A stretch of 64,000 nt of DNA from the human T2T-CHM13v2.0 reference genome, Homo sapiens, in the NCBI RefSeq assembly GCF_009914755.1, contig NC_060926.1; one strand, given 5' to 3'. This document shows positions 14,066-26,344 of this stretch, one piece after another. Numbering within the stretch: the first letter of the stretch is position 1; each line of letters begins with the position of its first letter. The translations under genes and the position numbers were made by a program. Under the pieces are notes generated by a model, which was not told where the DNA came from, searched no databases, and was given only the letters and a program-made list of their open reading frames with translations.

Positions 14066-14823
14066 AAATATTTTTTATTGTCTCTGTGAAAATGAATGTT
14101 ATTTTGTCTGGGTTTAGACTATGGCGTCTATAAATAATTTCTTATTCTTAGAGGGTTTTGTATGTTCTTTTCTGGGTAGATGGTATCAGGAGTAGCACAC
14201 TGAGATGGAAAGGACTTTAGTAAGGTGAAGGCTATTACACCATAATTTTTCTCTTATCCTGGAAAAGGTGCTGTGAAAAGAATAAGATGAGGCTCAATAT
14301 TGACTGGACATGAGACACTTCATATGTGGCATTGTGGAGTGTAGTCTTGTTAGGTTGATTATATTAATAGCTTCACTTGGTGCCTGTCCAAAGGCAAGAT
14401 TACTCTCTAAGACTGGATTTTTATCTTAAGTAAGAGGACAATTCAATTGTATCATCTTGTGAAAAGGCTGATGCTGGGACAGGAAATGAAGACTCGCATT
14501 TTGCACCTTTAACTAGAGTGTAGTCTGGCTTTAAACTTGGACTTAAAATTACGATGACCAGATGTGACTGTTTTGAGTTGTTCTCTGTGATGTACTGTCC
14601 TTCTTCTCCAAACTTTCAATATACTTCTTACTAAAATGCAAAGCCTGACCTCAGCTGTGCACCTTGAATCAATGGAAATTTCTCTTCCATACTTGGGAAG
14701 GTGTGTGGACAGGAGGAGAGTCAGCCTCTGGGGCCTAGAGCAGTGGCAAGAGCAGCATCACCCCCAGGAGCCAAGTGTGCCCAGCAACACAGTGATCATG
14801 CATCAGTCCAAACATAGTGACAA

Positions 14824-15514
14824 TGTTGAAATTTGCCTGAGCCCTGAGCTCCTGTAAAACAGGGGTCCCCAACCCCCAGGCCATGGACTGGTACCAGTCT
14901 TTGGCCTGTTAGGAACTGGTCTGCACAGCAGAAAGTGAGCAGTGGGCGAGTGAGGATTACCACCTGAGCTCAGCCTCCTGTCAGATCAGAGGGACGTGGC
15001 ATTAGATTCTCATAGGAGTGCAAACCCTACCATGAACTGCACATGGGAGGGATCCAGATGCTCCATATGAGAATCAAACTAACACCTGATGATGATCTGA
15101 AGTGGAACAGTTTCATCCTGAAAACCATCCCACACCCACCTGCCATGTCCATGGAAAAACTGTCTTCCACAAAACTGGTCCCTGGTGCCAAAAAGGTTGA
15201 GGAAAACTGCTGTAAAACAGGGATGGCTAAGAAGTACTCCACCTAATCTTTTGTGTTCTGGAAAACAGCTAACTGCAAAGAAACACCCTTCCCCATATGA
15301 CTCTGATGATTCACGGATGCCCATCTTATTTACATGTGGTAAGACACAGACACTCCAAATTCCCATTGTTTCATAAATGATTGGCTAAAATGCTTGTTCC
15401 CTAGGTAATCACATGGTCAGAGAGTTCTCCTTATTTTGCTAGTCCCTTTCTCCTTCTTCTAATATTCTTTTGAATAAAGTATCTCTTTACTAAGTCTGGA
15501 TTTTTTATTTGACA
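14824..15514 (+). mobile_element. Old ERV1 LTR (MER90-like), split by MER1B
   Basis: tgttgaaatttgcctgagccctg...ttttgtgttctggaaaacag...ttccccatatgact...gaataaagt...tttgaca; TG...CA ends. Confidence 0.6.
14860..15209 (+). mobile_element. MER1B hAT-Charlie MITE
   Basis: TIR caggggtccccaacc / ggttgaggaaaactg; exact 8-bp TSD ctgtaaaa at 14852-14859 and 15210-15217. Confidence 0.95.
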
Positions 15515-16149
15515 GTGATGAGATGAAAATTCATCCTCAGTGGAAAAATGTGGGGCCCCTTCCTTCACACATGAGTTAGCACCCCAGAGAACGCTCAGAG
15601 AGTTTAAGAAGGCTAATTGGTAACCATTAGGCCAGCAGTTCTCAAGTTATCATAATTTTGCTATTAAATATGAAATGTATTCTTATTTTGTGGATTGATT
15701 TTGAGAACAGAACATCTGGGTTACATGAAAAATACTTTTTAATGGGAAAGACACCACAGGTATCACAACCAGCCAACCTGGAATAAGCAATTCTTGCTTA
15801 GATATTAGAAATTGCTCCAGCATTAAAATCTAGTCTATTATAAGAAATATGCAGTTACAAAAAAAAATCCTTATCTCCAAAGGCAAAGATTTTGCCTCTG
15901 GCTGGACATAGCTAGAAATAACTCCTCTTTCCCCACATGCCAGGAAATGCAGTCCCTGATCTTTTTTCAAAGGTGACCCCAAATACCTCTGACACACTTC
16001 AAAACTCAACACATCCTTTCTGTCTTCACGACTTCTGATTTTCCAACCTTCTTTAGACATTGAGGCCATGCCAATCTTTAATCAAGGCAACATTATTAAT
16101 ACTCCAACTCTTGTATTTACTTATGAGTTAGACATGCAATCCTTTAGAG

Positions 16150-16395
16150 TAAGAATGGTAGAAATAGAGAAAAAAAAAGCAAACTTTTGGAGTCAGACAA
16201 ATCTAGGTTCAAATCAGCCAAAGTAATACATTTGCTTTGTTGTATGAAAGGCATGTTAATTGAAGTTAACTTGCTTATCACTAAAATGGGAATAATGATA
16301 GCTACATGAAATTATTAATATCAAGACTGATAATAACTAAAAACTTTATGAAAAGTGGTTAGCCTTGAGTAGATGGTCACTAAATATTACTTCCT
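16150..16395 (+). mobile_element. MIR SINE
   Basis: ttttggagtcagacaaatctaggttcaaatc...taaaatgggaataatgatag. Confidence 0.7.
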
Positions 16396-16894
16396 TCTTC
16401 TTTTACTCATGCTGAGCACATTTTTTTTTTTTACCACATTTTCCATTTTCTCTATCTCAAACTTAAAGCAATGATTAGCACCCAACACTTATTAAAGTCT
16501 ATTATTTAGCCAATCTTAAATTATTTTGGTTAGATTAAATTGATGAAAGAACACAATTAAGCTCTAACAATTTAGAAAAACATCTAAGCCCAACACTGAA
16601 TCAAAAATACTTCTGCTGATACTCCTTTTTCTCTCTTGCTCTGTCTGCTTTTCATTTCGATTTTCTTCAAGAATTAACTATTGGCTCCCATCCAGACCTT
16701 TCCATGAGGCAGTGGTGGTTACCAAATCTTGGCTAAGCCAGGGCCAAATGGCAGCTGGGGGTGGAGGGGAGGCTGGGGATGGAAAGGTATATAGAATTGT
16801 GGTCAAGGAGGAAACGGGACCAAGGACAGTGACCAAGACTTGTGAGTCTGTGGCTGAAGAGGCAGCCAGTGGGGTCAATATACTGACTACCTAA

Positions 16895-17894
16895 AGAGGG
16901 AATGAACATGTAAGTAAAGATAATGGAAGCTATGTTCTTCACTACAGAAGGAAGTTCAAATGACTTGACTAGGATAATTCTTGTGTTTTTTTGGATTGGA
17001 ATTGGAGGTGTTGGTGGAAACTCATGCTATATAAATTATACACACATACTCATGATTTAAACGTATATGTATGTAATATACATATATAATATCTACATAT
17101 TTTTATACTCTTAGGATTGCTTCAATACTTCTAATTCCAATAAAAAATATAGATTAATAGTTATAGAGATATATCTAAATATGTATGGTGTGTACATACA
17201 AGATATAACCATATGTAAATATTCATATACTTGTGTGTATATGTACATAGGCATGTGTGTGCTTGTGTATGTGTATGTGTATAAATATATTTATTTCTTA
17301 GTGTGTCTGCTGAAAATGTCAATAAGCAATGGGATCTCAATAGCAATGAGCATGTCAAGAACCCAAATCTTGACTTCTAAGTGTCATTCTTTACTAATGT
17401 TCTATGGAAAAATGGCTGATTTAGAGGGATGCAGTATAAACAGTGCAGAACAAAAGTAGAATATTTTATTATGTTAAAGGGAAAAGCATACATACAAAAT
17501 GATGAGGGTTTGTCAAACAGGCACAGGGTCAGCTTGAAAGGTGTTCTGCTGGCTAATTATGAGATAATTTAAGTATTAAAATAAAGATAAAAATAGACTG
17601 TAACTTGTTTAATATAATATAAATCCATAAGTGTATACTGAAATAAATAAGTAAATATATACATAAACTAACAGAGAGAAACTCTTTCTTACAATCAAAT
17701 GTCAACTAATGTAAAATAAATGATGAAATTAGAGTAACATTATTTATATTCATATTAATAATTGATTCACACAAGAATCCTAAATGGATGCTAAACCTAT
17801 AAGAAAATGTTTGGCAAAGAACAGGATAATTATATCATCTCAAAGTATTACCCCCACAAAATATGTATAATTACAAGGAGAAAATAGTATGTAC
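16895..17894 (+). mobile_element. L1MC4-type 3' UTR, left part
   Basis: ggattggaattggaggtgttggtggaaactcatg; caagaatcctaaatggatgctaaa; ends aattacaaggagaaaatagta and resumes at ~20660. Confidence 0.8.
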
Positions 17895-18308
17895 TGTTCT
17901 TGTTCTGGCTACTCTTCAGGATGAAGCCCCACCCGAAATTTGGTTTAGATGTCAAGACTGATGATGACACACCTCCATACCAAGTGGTATGAAAAGGTTT
18001 ATTACTCACATAATGAGACTTTTGGGGAGCAAACTGGGAAGGCACCCCAATTCTAGTTCAAAAGTGGCTTGAGAGAGCAAGAAAACTAGACTGAGCCAGA
18101 GTTTTTGTTGTAGTCAGGGGATGGGCTTGGGCTGCATCTTTCTACCAGGGGCTTGTGTGGTTTAAATATTGTCCTGGCACTAAAGGAAGGAGCACCCTGT
18201 TCACTTATCACCATGCTCAGATGTAGGGCAGAATAGGAAAAAGGAGACATGAACTTGAAATACGCTAGCATTCCGTCATCAAAAAATGGAATCAGACTCT
18301 TTATGATG
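17895..18308 (-). mobile_element. ERVL 3' LTR (MER76-like)
   Basis: Minus strand reads PPT aggggtgaac, then cataaagagtctgattccattttttgatg...gagtaataaacc...gaaca. Confidence 0.75.
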
Positions 18309-20506
18309 GTTCACCCCTGATGTTTGAATGGTGACTAAAAGGTACCATGTTTCTTGAATTTGAACTTGTTTAAGAAAGCCATTATGGCATCAGGTGAGGC
18401 CTGCAGCCTGAGGCTAATAATGGAGGTGAAAATTCCATCAAATGCCCTTGTTCAAGAGCTTCAAGAGCTTGTCATTGTGAATTACGAGATATGAAATTAG
18501 TGCCTAGGACACTATCAATGATGTTTGGAACTTGAGGGGATAAGAAGCATTTGGTGAGGCTTCGTGTTATGGATTTAATATGTTTACAAACATATATGAC
18601 CTTGGTTTTGTATCTTTGGGGCAAAAGATCCCTAGAATTCTCTATTCCACAGGTGCCAGTTCTTAGACAATAGCCTGAGAGTCTATACGAAATGTGTAGA
18701 TGGCTTCATTACTGGCCCAAGCATCCTGTGCTAAAATAATTGCCTGAAGTTTGGCCAAGTGTACTGGCCCTTGTGGCCTGTCTTTTATCAAGGATGTCCT
18801 GTTTAAAGGATAAAAAGCGGCAATGTTCCACTGAGCTCCCTGATACGTGACAGTGGCAACACTATCTGTGAGGTGCACAAACTCCCATTGCTGTTTACTC
18901 AATTCATACCCAGTGACTCCCCAGGAAGCAATGAGGCCTGGGAAAGGGGTGACCTTACCAGACACATGGTGTCTGAAAAAATACTGAGAAGAAGGAAGGC
19001 CACTCCTTCCTGCAGCTGGGACATACCAGAGAGCCAGTCCGGCTTCATCCTGTAACAAGGACACCTTTGTAGCCATGCCGAGCTTGCAGGTTGCTGCTTG
19101 CATGATCTGAGACATAATTGGCAGCTAGGAAACTGAGAATTATTAGTTCAGGGCCTGTGACAGCCTCTATTTCAGGGAGTGCTCACTATGTGACCAGCAA
19201 TCGGCTCTCTAAGGGCATAAAGCATGAGACTGAGGAGGGCAGCTTTTTGGCACTTGAGGACCTTAGGCAAGTTACGGTTGTCAGGGATGACCCAAAGAGG
19301 AGTCTCTGGGACCACTAATGATGTAAGAGTTTTTCTTGACCCCTTCATCAGACTTGCGACGGGTGTGCCCTGTTCATTCGGTCCACTGTGCTCAACCTCT
19401 TGCAGGAAGAAGTATGTGAGTGAGCGAGGGTGAGATCCGGCTGGCTGCTTTGGGTGCCCACAAGAACAGGCCCCGGGCAGGCCTCACAGCCAGACCAGGG
19501 ATGAGCAAATGAGTGTAGGATCTGACCAGCTGCTTTGGGTGCTGGCAGGAGCAGGCTCCATGCAGGCCCCTCAGCGGTACCCAGGTGGGGGTGCCTGTGA
19601 CCCCTGAAGCCCCAGAGGGCATGTTACAATGTTCCCTTAGCTCCACCATTTGTGGGCAGCAGTGTGTTATCAGCTCATTGCACCCCTTGCTTCATTGCGT
19701 GGGGCAGCTGCCCTCCACCAGCAAGGGCAAGGGCCATGTGACAGCGTTTTTTGGGTACCCACACTCAATGGATCCCAAGCTCTTGTCCAGTGTTCAAGAA
19801 TAATTACATCACATGGACACTTGAAGGATGCTGAAGGCAGAGAATTGTATTTAGCAATGGAAGTGGCTTTCAGCGGAGAGGGGAGCTGGAGAGATGAGAC
19901 AAGCAGATAATCTTCCCTGAAGGCTGGGTGTCTCTGGCTGGCTCTTCTCCAAAGTTAAGCCATCTCTCCACTGAAGTCCAGCCGTCCCTCTGAAGTCAAG
20001 TCACCTCTCTCCAGTCAAGCCACTTCCCCTTCTACTAACTTAGTCTGAGGTCTTTATAGGCACAGGATGGGGGGTGGGGCAGGCCATAGGCAGTTTGGGA
20101 AAAGGCAACTTTTGATTAGTATAAAGACTTTATTCAGAAAGAAGCAATCGGGAAAGAGCAGGCAAACAGGAATAGAAGTTCTCACTTTGGGCCACGGGCT
20201 TCAGGATTTTTGGCTGGAATGTGGGGTTTCGTGGGGGACCCGCCCTTACCTGCCTCTATCACTAATAAGAGTGCCTTATGAACTGCAATTTGAACAGGTT
20301 CTAGAGCCTTTTTGTTGGATGAGGCCCCACCCAAAGTGGGCCGATTTGCAAATAACAGCATAAATGGACTTAAGTACAACTTGTAAATGAGAAGTATGTT
20401 GTCTCCAGGACACCAAAAGACCTAAAAGACATTTAGTTTATTTTAATGTTGTGGAAACCGAGAGGATCAACAGCTATTTCTTGACAGCGTGAGAGATGAT
20501 GCATGC
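18309..20506 (-). pseudogene. pol: Decayed ERVL internal region: RT thumb/connection and RNase H remnants, split by an LTR27/28 insertion
   Basis: Minus-strand translation at 20506-20265 gives LLGLLVSWRQHTSHLQVVLKSIYAVICKSAHFGWG/QQKALEPVQIAVHKAL (HERV-L: LVGLFGFWRQHIPHL...FEWGPEQEKAL). ORF 18663-19115 has RNase H-like LTDSVA...GPVHLAKLQAIILA...IDSQAI. Confidence 0.85.
19319..20261 (-). mobile_element. LTR27/LTR28-type (LTR1 clade, ERV1) solo LTR
   Basis: Minus strand starts tgatagaggcagg...gggtcccc...gcccaaagtgagaacttctattcc; exact 4-bp TSD ctaa at 19315-19318 and 20262-20265. Confidence 0.88.
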
Positions 20507-20659
20507 TAGAGAGGCCTACCCCACTTGTTCCAGAGACCTCAGTTTTATATGAAATAAAGCATTTTGTACTCTCTTGATCTGTGTGCAGTACCATTGGTCT
20601 TGATGTATGAACAAATTTGGGGTGGGAGTTCACTGTGCCTCTGCAGTAAGGTCAGGGCA
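20507..20659 (+). mobile_element. 3' fragment (R/U5) of a MER76-like LTR, inverted relative to 17895-18308
   Basis: aataaagcattttgtactctcttg...gtcttgatgtatgaacaaatttggggtggg aligns by eye to the reverse complement of 17920-18050 (aataaaccttttcataccacttg...gtcttgacatctaaaccaaatttcgggtggg). Confidence 0.7.
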
Positions 20660-21372
20660 TTCCAGTGGAGACAGCAGGCAGATCCTACCTTAATTATATG
20701 ATCAAATTTGACAGCCACAGCAGCAGTACAAATCAACATCATTTGCCTCCTGACATGATGTACATAGAAGGAGACAACACTATTCCTGTGGTATTATTGC
20801 TAAAAATGCATCACCTCCATCTAATCTTAAGGAAAGATCGGAAAAATTCAAAGTGAGGGATATTCTGCTTTGATACAAAAAAACTGGCATGTATTCTGTG
20901 AAATAACATCATGAAAGAGAAAAAAGATTAGGGAACTATTCCCGATTGAAGGAGATTAAAAACATAACTAAATGCAATTCATGATCCTGAATTATATCCT
21001 GGACTAGAGGAAAATTATTCTTATTTGTTTGTTTGTGTGTGTGTTTGGCTAAAGGGAATTATTGGAGCAATTTCTAAAATTTGGATGGGTTCTGTGTATT
21101 GGTAAAATTTTACCAAATTATTGATTTGGATAGCTTTACTTTGGTTATGAAGAGTGTATATGAAATACATATTGAAGTACACATTGAAGTACACAAAATA
21201 AAAGGAGAGAGAGAGAGGAAAGGGAGAAGGGAGAGGGGAGAGGGAAGGAAAGAAGGGAAGAGAGAGCATAAATGTGATAGAATGTTAACAAATAGAACCT
21301 GGGTAACTATTATAGGAGTTTTTTGTACTATTCTTGCACTTTTCCTGTAAATTGTGCTTATTTCAAATTTGG
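20660..21372 (+). mobile_element. L1MC4-type 3' UTR, right part
   Basis: cagtggagacagcaggcagatcctaccttaa...tgatcaaa...caacatcatttgcctcctgacatgatg continues the element broken at 17894. Confidence 0.82.
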
Positions 21373-21444
21373 AAGCTTCATCTATATTAAATAGAATTTT
21401 AACCTCATCAGAAAATGTGTCTTAATTAAGCTCTCTATTAGAAA

Positions 21445-22402
21445 GAAACAATTCTTAAACAGGACCCTCAAAAGCAATAATCATAAAATTTTAAAAATGA
21501 CAAATATGATCTTTTAAATTAAAAATCCTTCATCAAAATAAAACACTAAGTGAATAGCCAATATCTTGACAAGGATAAAATAGTCACAATATATGTATAT
21601 GACACAACACTTATATCCAGAATATATAAAGAACATCTTTAAATAAATAACAAAATAACAGCCCAATTTCTAAGTACTAAAAATAATTTGAACAAGTGCT
21701 TCAAAAATACACTCTCTAGATGGCCAGAACTCATTAGTCATCAGGAAAATAAAATTGAAACCACAGTTAGATACCCCTACACACCCAAGAGATGGCTAAA
21801 TACGAGAAACTGGCAATACCAAGTGTTAGAGATGATGTCGAGCATTGAATTTTTCGCACATTGCTATTGGGAGAGTAAATTCATCTGCTCCATTGGAAAA
21901 CACTTCTGCTTTTACCCAATAATTCTATTCCTAGGTATATACCCCAGATAAATGAGTGCATACATCCACCAAAAGACACATACAAACATTTTGTAGTAGC
22001 TTTTTTCATATTACCCAAAAACTTAAATGTTCATCAAAACAAAAACAATAAATAAGTTGTAAAATAATCACTTAAAAGTTGAATAAAATGCACAAATTAC
22101 TGATAAACACAGAAGCAACAGTTAAACACAAAGACATTGCCTGGAGAGAAAGGAGCTAGAAACAAAAGAGTACATACTGTGATTCCATTTATAGGAAGCT
22201 CAAGGAGAAACGAGACTACATATTTAGTGATAGAAGTCAAAATAGTTGTTACTTCTGAAGGAAACTTGATTTGGAAGGGGCATGAGGGAAAAGTCTGGAG
22301 TGATAAAAATATGTATGTCATGACCCGGGTGGTAGATATAAGGATATTTACATTTATAAAAATTTGTTGCACTTTACACTTAAGTGTACACACCTCAATA
22401 AA
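21445..22402 (+). mobile_element. L1ME/L1MB-type 3' end
   Basis: cacttatatccagaatatataaagaac; aattctattcctaggtatataccccag; gagtacatactgtgattccatttata. Confidence 0.8.
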
Positions 22403-22487
22403 AATATATAAGGCCACAGAGACCATCTATTTTATAGATTACCATTTAACTTGAAACCATTATGGGGCTTATAAAAAGTCTCTGCTT

Positions 22488-22780
<293 letters not shown>

Positions 22781-23728
22781 AAAGTCTCTGCTTGACTTTG
22801 ACTATATTTCATTCCTTCTATACACCTGTATCTCCTAAAAAGATCCTATGAATAAGGCCAAATCTCAACAATAGGTGGAAAACTCAGCCAAGGAGTCAAA
22901 TATTTCTGATGTGGGTTTCACATCTGTGGCACCACCTATTCTCTGTATTGAATAATACACATTTATACGTGTCGTGACTGACAACAAAGAAAATGAAATT
23001 GGGCTATTTTATTACTAACCCCAGAATGAGAATGTTTCTATTTGAAAAGGTAGTGGAAACAAAGCCAAATTGAGTTCTACTAAAGTGCACCCTGGACTTC
23101 CGTATAAATTGATGTTTTAAGAGTTGGAGAATTCAAGGTGTCCTTCACATGCAAGCTCCATCCTACTTACATCTTGAGTTAATTCTGTCCCAAACTGGGT
23201 GTACGTCAAGAGCCTCCAGTCATAGCTGATTCCAGAGTTAGCTGTGCTACCCAGAATCTGGCATCTGGAAGGCTTGAGAGAAAACTTAGATGTCCCATGC
23301 ATCTTGTGACCCAGGGCAGCCAACAAGGATTACAAATAGTTTTCATCTAGGATGTGAGTTTACTTAGTGGGAGCCCTGAAACCCTGACCAGCATCTGCCA
23401 GTCCTTTCCTTTGGGAAAAAGAGTCCCCTCTCTCATCTTCCTGGATGCTAATGTTCATATTTTAAATTGCCATTTTATTACCTAAAACAATGACTCTTCC
23501 ACCTCCATCATACATCTAGAAAGCCCTGCTGCTTGTAATGCTACTCTAATCATGTGATGAATTGGGCCTCCTTGGACGATAACCCTGGCCTGAAAAAAAT
23601 CTCATGCCCCTGGACACTGTGTGTTAGAATACTGTAAGAACATGGCTTTTGAGGATAGATCTTATAGGTAGGTCATTTTTCTAAGGCCCACCCCGCTCAG
23701 ACAAAACTTCTTTTTATTCTTCATCACA

Positions 23729-24653
23729 CTACTCATCTGACAAAGGGCTAATATCCAGAATCTACAAAGAACTCAAACAAATTTACAAGAAAAAAACAAA
23801 CAACCCCATCAAAAAGTGGGCGAAAGATATGAACAGACACTTCTCAAAAGAAGACATTTATGCAACCAACAGACACATGAAAAAATTCTTGTCATCACTG
23901 GCCATCAGAGAAATGCAAATCAAAACCACAATGAGATACCATCTCACACCAGTTAGAATGGCAAGTATTAAAAAGTCAGGAAACAACAGGTGCTGGAGAG
24001 GATGTGGAGAAATAGGAACACTTTTACACTGTTGATGGGGCTGTAAACTGGTTCAACCATTGTGGAAGACAGTGTGGCGACTCTTCAAGGGTCTAGAACT
24101 AGAAATACCATTTGACCCAGCCATCCCATTACTGGGTATATACCCAAAGGACTAGAAATCATGCTGCTATAAAGACACATGCACACGTATGTTTATTGCG
24201 GCACTATTCACAACTGCAAAGACTTGGAACCAACCCAAATGTCCATCAATGATAGACTGGATTAAGAAAATGTGGCACATATACACCATGGAATACTATG
24301 CAGTCATAAAAAAGGATGAGTTCATGTCCTTTGTAGGGACATGGTTGAAGCTGGAAACCATCATTCTCAGCAAACTATCACAGGGACAAAAAACCAAACA
24401 CCGCATGTTCTCGCTCATAGGTGGGAATTGAACAATGAGAACACTTGGACACAGGAAGGGGAATATCACACACCAGGGCCTGTCGTGGGGTGGGGGGAGT
24501 GGGGAGGGATAGCATTAGGAGATATACCCAATGTAAATGACGAGTTAATGGGTGCAGCACACCAACATGGCACATGTATGCATATGTAACAAACCTGCAT
24601 GTTGTGCACATCTACCCTAGAACTTAAAGTATAATAAAAAATAAATAAATAAA
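23729..24653 (+). mobile_element. 5'-truncated L1PA (L1PA5-like) 3' end
   Basis: ORF2 peptides [12 protein letters not shown]...[14 protein letters not shown] and MFIAALFT...HRMFSLIGGN; 3' UTR aatgtaaatgacgag; (taaa)n tail. Confidence 0.97.
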
Positions 24654-24930
24654 CAGCCTCCTGACTTGTCCTCTTCCAAGGATCTCCTTGCTGCGACACA
24701 TATTCAGTGCAGCAGTCATGTTGAGTTGTCCAAAATTAAATTCGACCACATTACTCTTATTATTAAAATCCTCCAGTGACTTCTCATTTTTTATAGGCAA
24801 ACATCCACACTCCATAGCAATGAAAGGTCCTTCCCAACCGTATACTTGTTATGCTCCTTCATTAGAGCCTGATATTAAATAAGTAAATACTGAGTTAATG
24901 TTTGTTGATCGAATGAATGATTAATGGATA
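24654..24930 (+). mobile_element. L2 fragments including the 3' tail
   Basis: acagcctcctgacttg...aaaatcctccagtgacttctcatt; aatgtttgttgatcgaatgaatga. Confidence 0.65.
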
Positions 24931-26344
24931 AGTAAATGTACTGATGTCATTAATACAGCTGAATATTATAGATATATTTTGAATCATTTTTAGTTTGCAA
25001 CAGAGAGTTAGGGGAGCAAGAAACTGCCTTTGACTAGATTGTGTATTCACTGCATTCAGCGTTCACATGACTGGGAACAAAAGACTATTCTGCTAATATG
25101 TAAGTTTTCATATAGATGTTGGTTCTAGAGAAGCTTTTATTCAAATGAAACAAAACAAAGAAACCTTGAGTCTAACTCTGTTGCTTAGGTTTCCCTTTGT
25201 TCACATCTACAACTGAACAGAGATAAATATGCCTTTTCCCCACATAAACATAATTCCCAGGAAGCCAATGTCCACCTCAATTGATTTCAAGCCATAGCTA
25301 TGGAGAGACTACACAGCAGTTCATTACTGAGTTTCCGTCTCTTCCTTATTCCCAATACGTCTTACGGTCAGTAAGATTTATTTTCCCAAAACACCAATCT
25401 TCTTACCTGCTCTCCAATCCTGCTTTAATATTCCCCCTCTCAGTTAATAGTATTTTGATAGGAGCATGCTAGTATTTAACAATAGCCTGAATTTCCAGCC
25501 TGCATTAGAAATGAACAATGGTGAAATTTCAGGAACCAAGGTAAGCTGCTGTAAGAAATCACTGGAGACAGAATAGTCAGAAAATGAGATTTTTGCCTCA
25601 TATTACTGTGATCTTCAATAGTTACTCCTAGAACATTTAGATATTTATGTCCTGTGTGAGTCTTCTCCAAAAACTGTAGAAGTAACGTGCCCTTGTTTTA
25701 CAATGTGAATGGTATTAACTTTGGTGCCCCTGTACAATTGACTCTTCCCCACTAGAATATGGGCCTGGTAATAAAAATCCTATGGTCTTGGCTATTCAGT
25801 TTCTCTCTGAATGTTGGCATTTGTTTTGAAACCCATTTTTTTTCTGAATGTAACCAGAGCTGCTATGTTTATGTATAACAACAGGGAGTGAGAGAGATAA
25901 TGAAGCCAGGATCGATTGCCTAGTAATAGCTGTGATTCCATAGACATTAAACGGTATTTGTAATTTAGGCCCCTAATATGGCGTAATGCCCTATCTTGTG
26001 TAGCTATTGATTTTTCAATAGTAGAATAGCCCCAGCAAACCTTTCAGGGCTAAATTTTCCCTGTTATATCTAGCAAAGAACAAAAGGCCCCTTTTACAGG
26101 AGCCTAGCCCAGAGAAATGTTTTCTATTCTGAAAGCTTTAAGGGCTCTCTGGTTTATGGACTTAACTTTCCAATGTGATTTCTGCATGCATCTCTTTCTT
26201 TGCCTCCTACAAAACTAAAAAATAAAGCAATATTAGGAAAAGGTCTTTTATTATTTAGCAGCTACCAGCAAGGAAGCAACAAGAAGCAACAATGACTTAT
26301 CACTGACTGCTCTAAGAATGATGTTCTGAAATGACCCATTACTC

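Noticed and set aside
18663-19115. Longest ORF (150 aa) as a domesticated retroviral gene
   Set aside because: RNase H catalytic motifs are degenerate and the surrounding pol is frameshifted and interrupted; chance open stretch.
19319-19800. GC-rich stretch as a CpG island or gene promoter
   Set aside because: Wholly within the LTR27/28 element and CpG-depleted.
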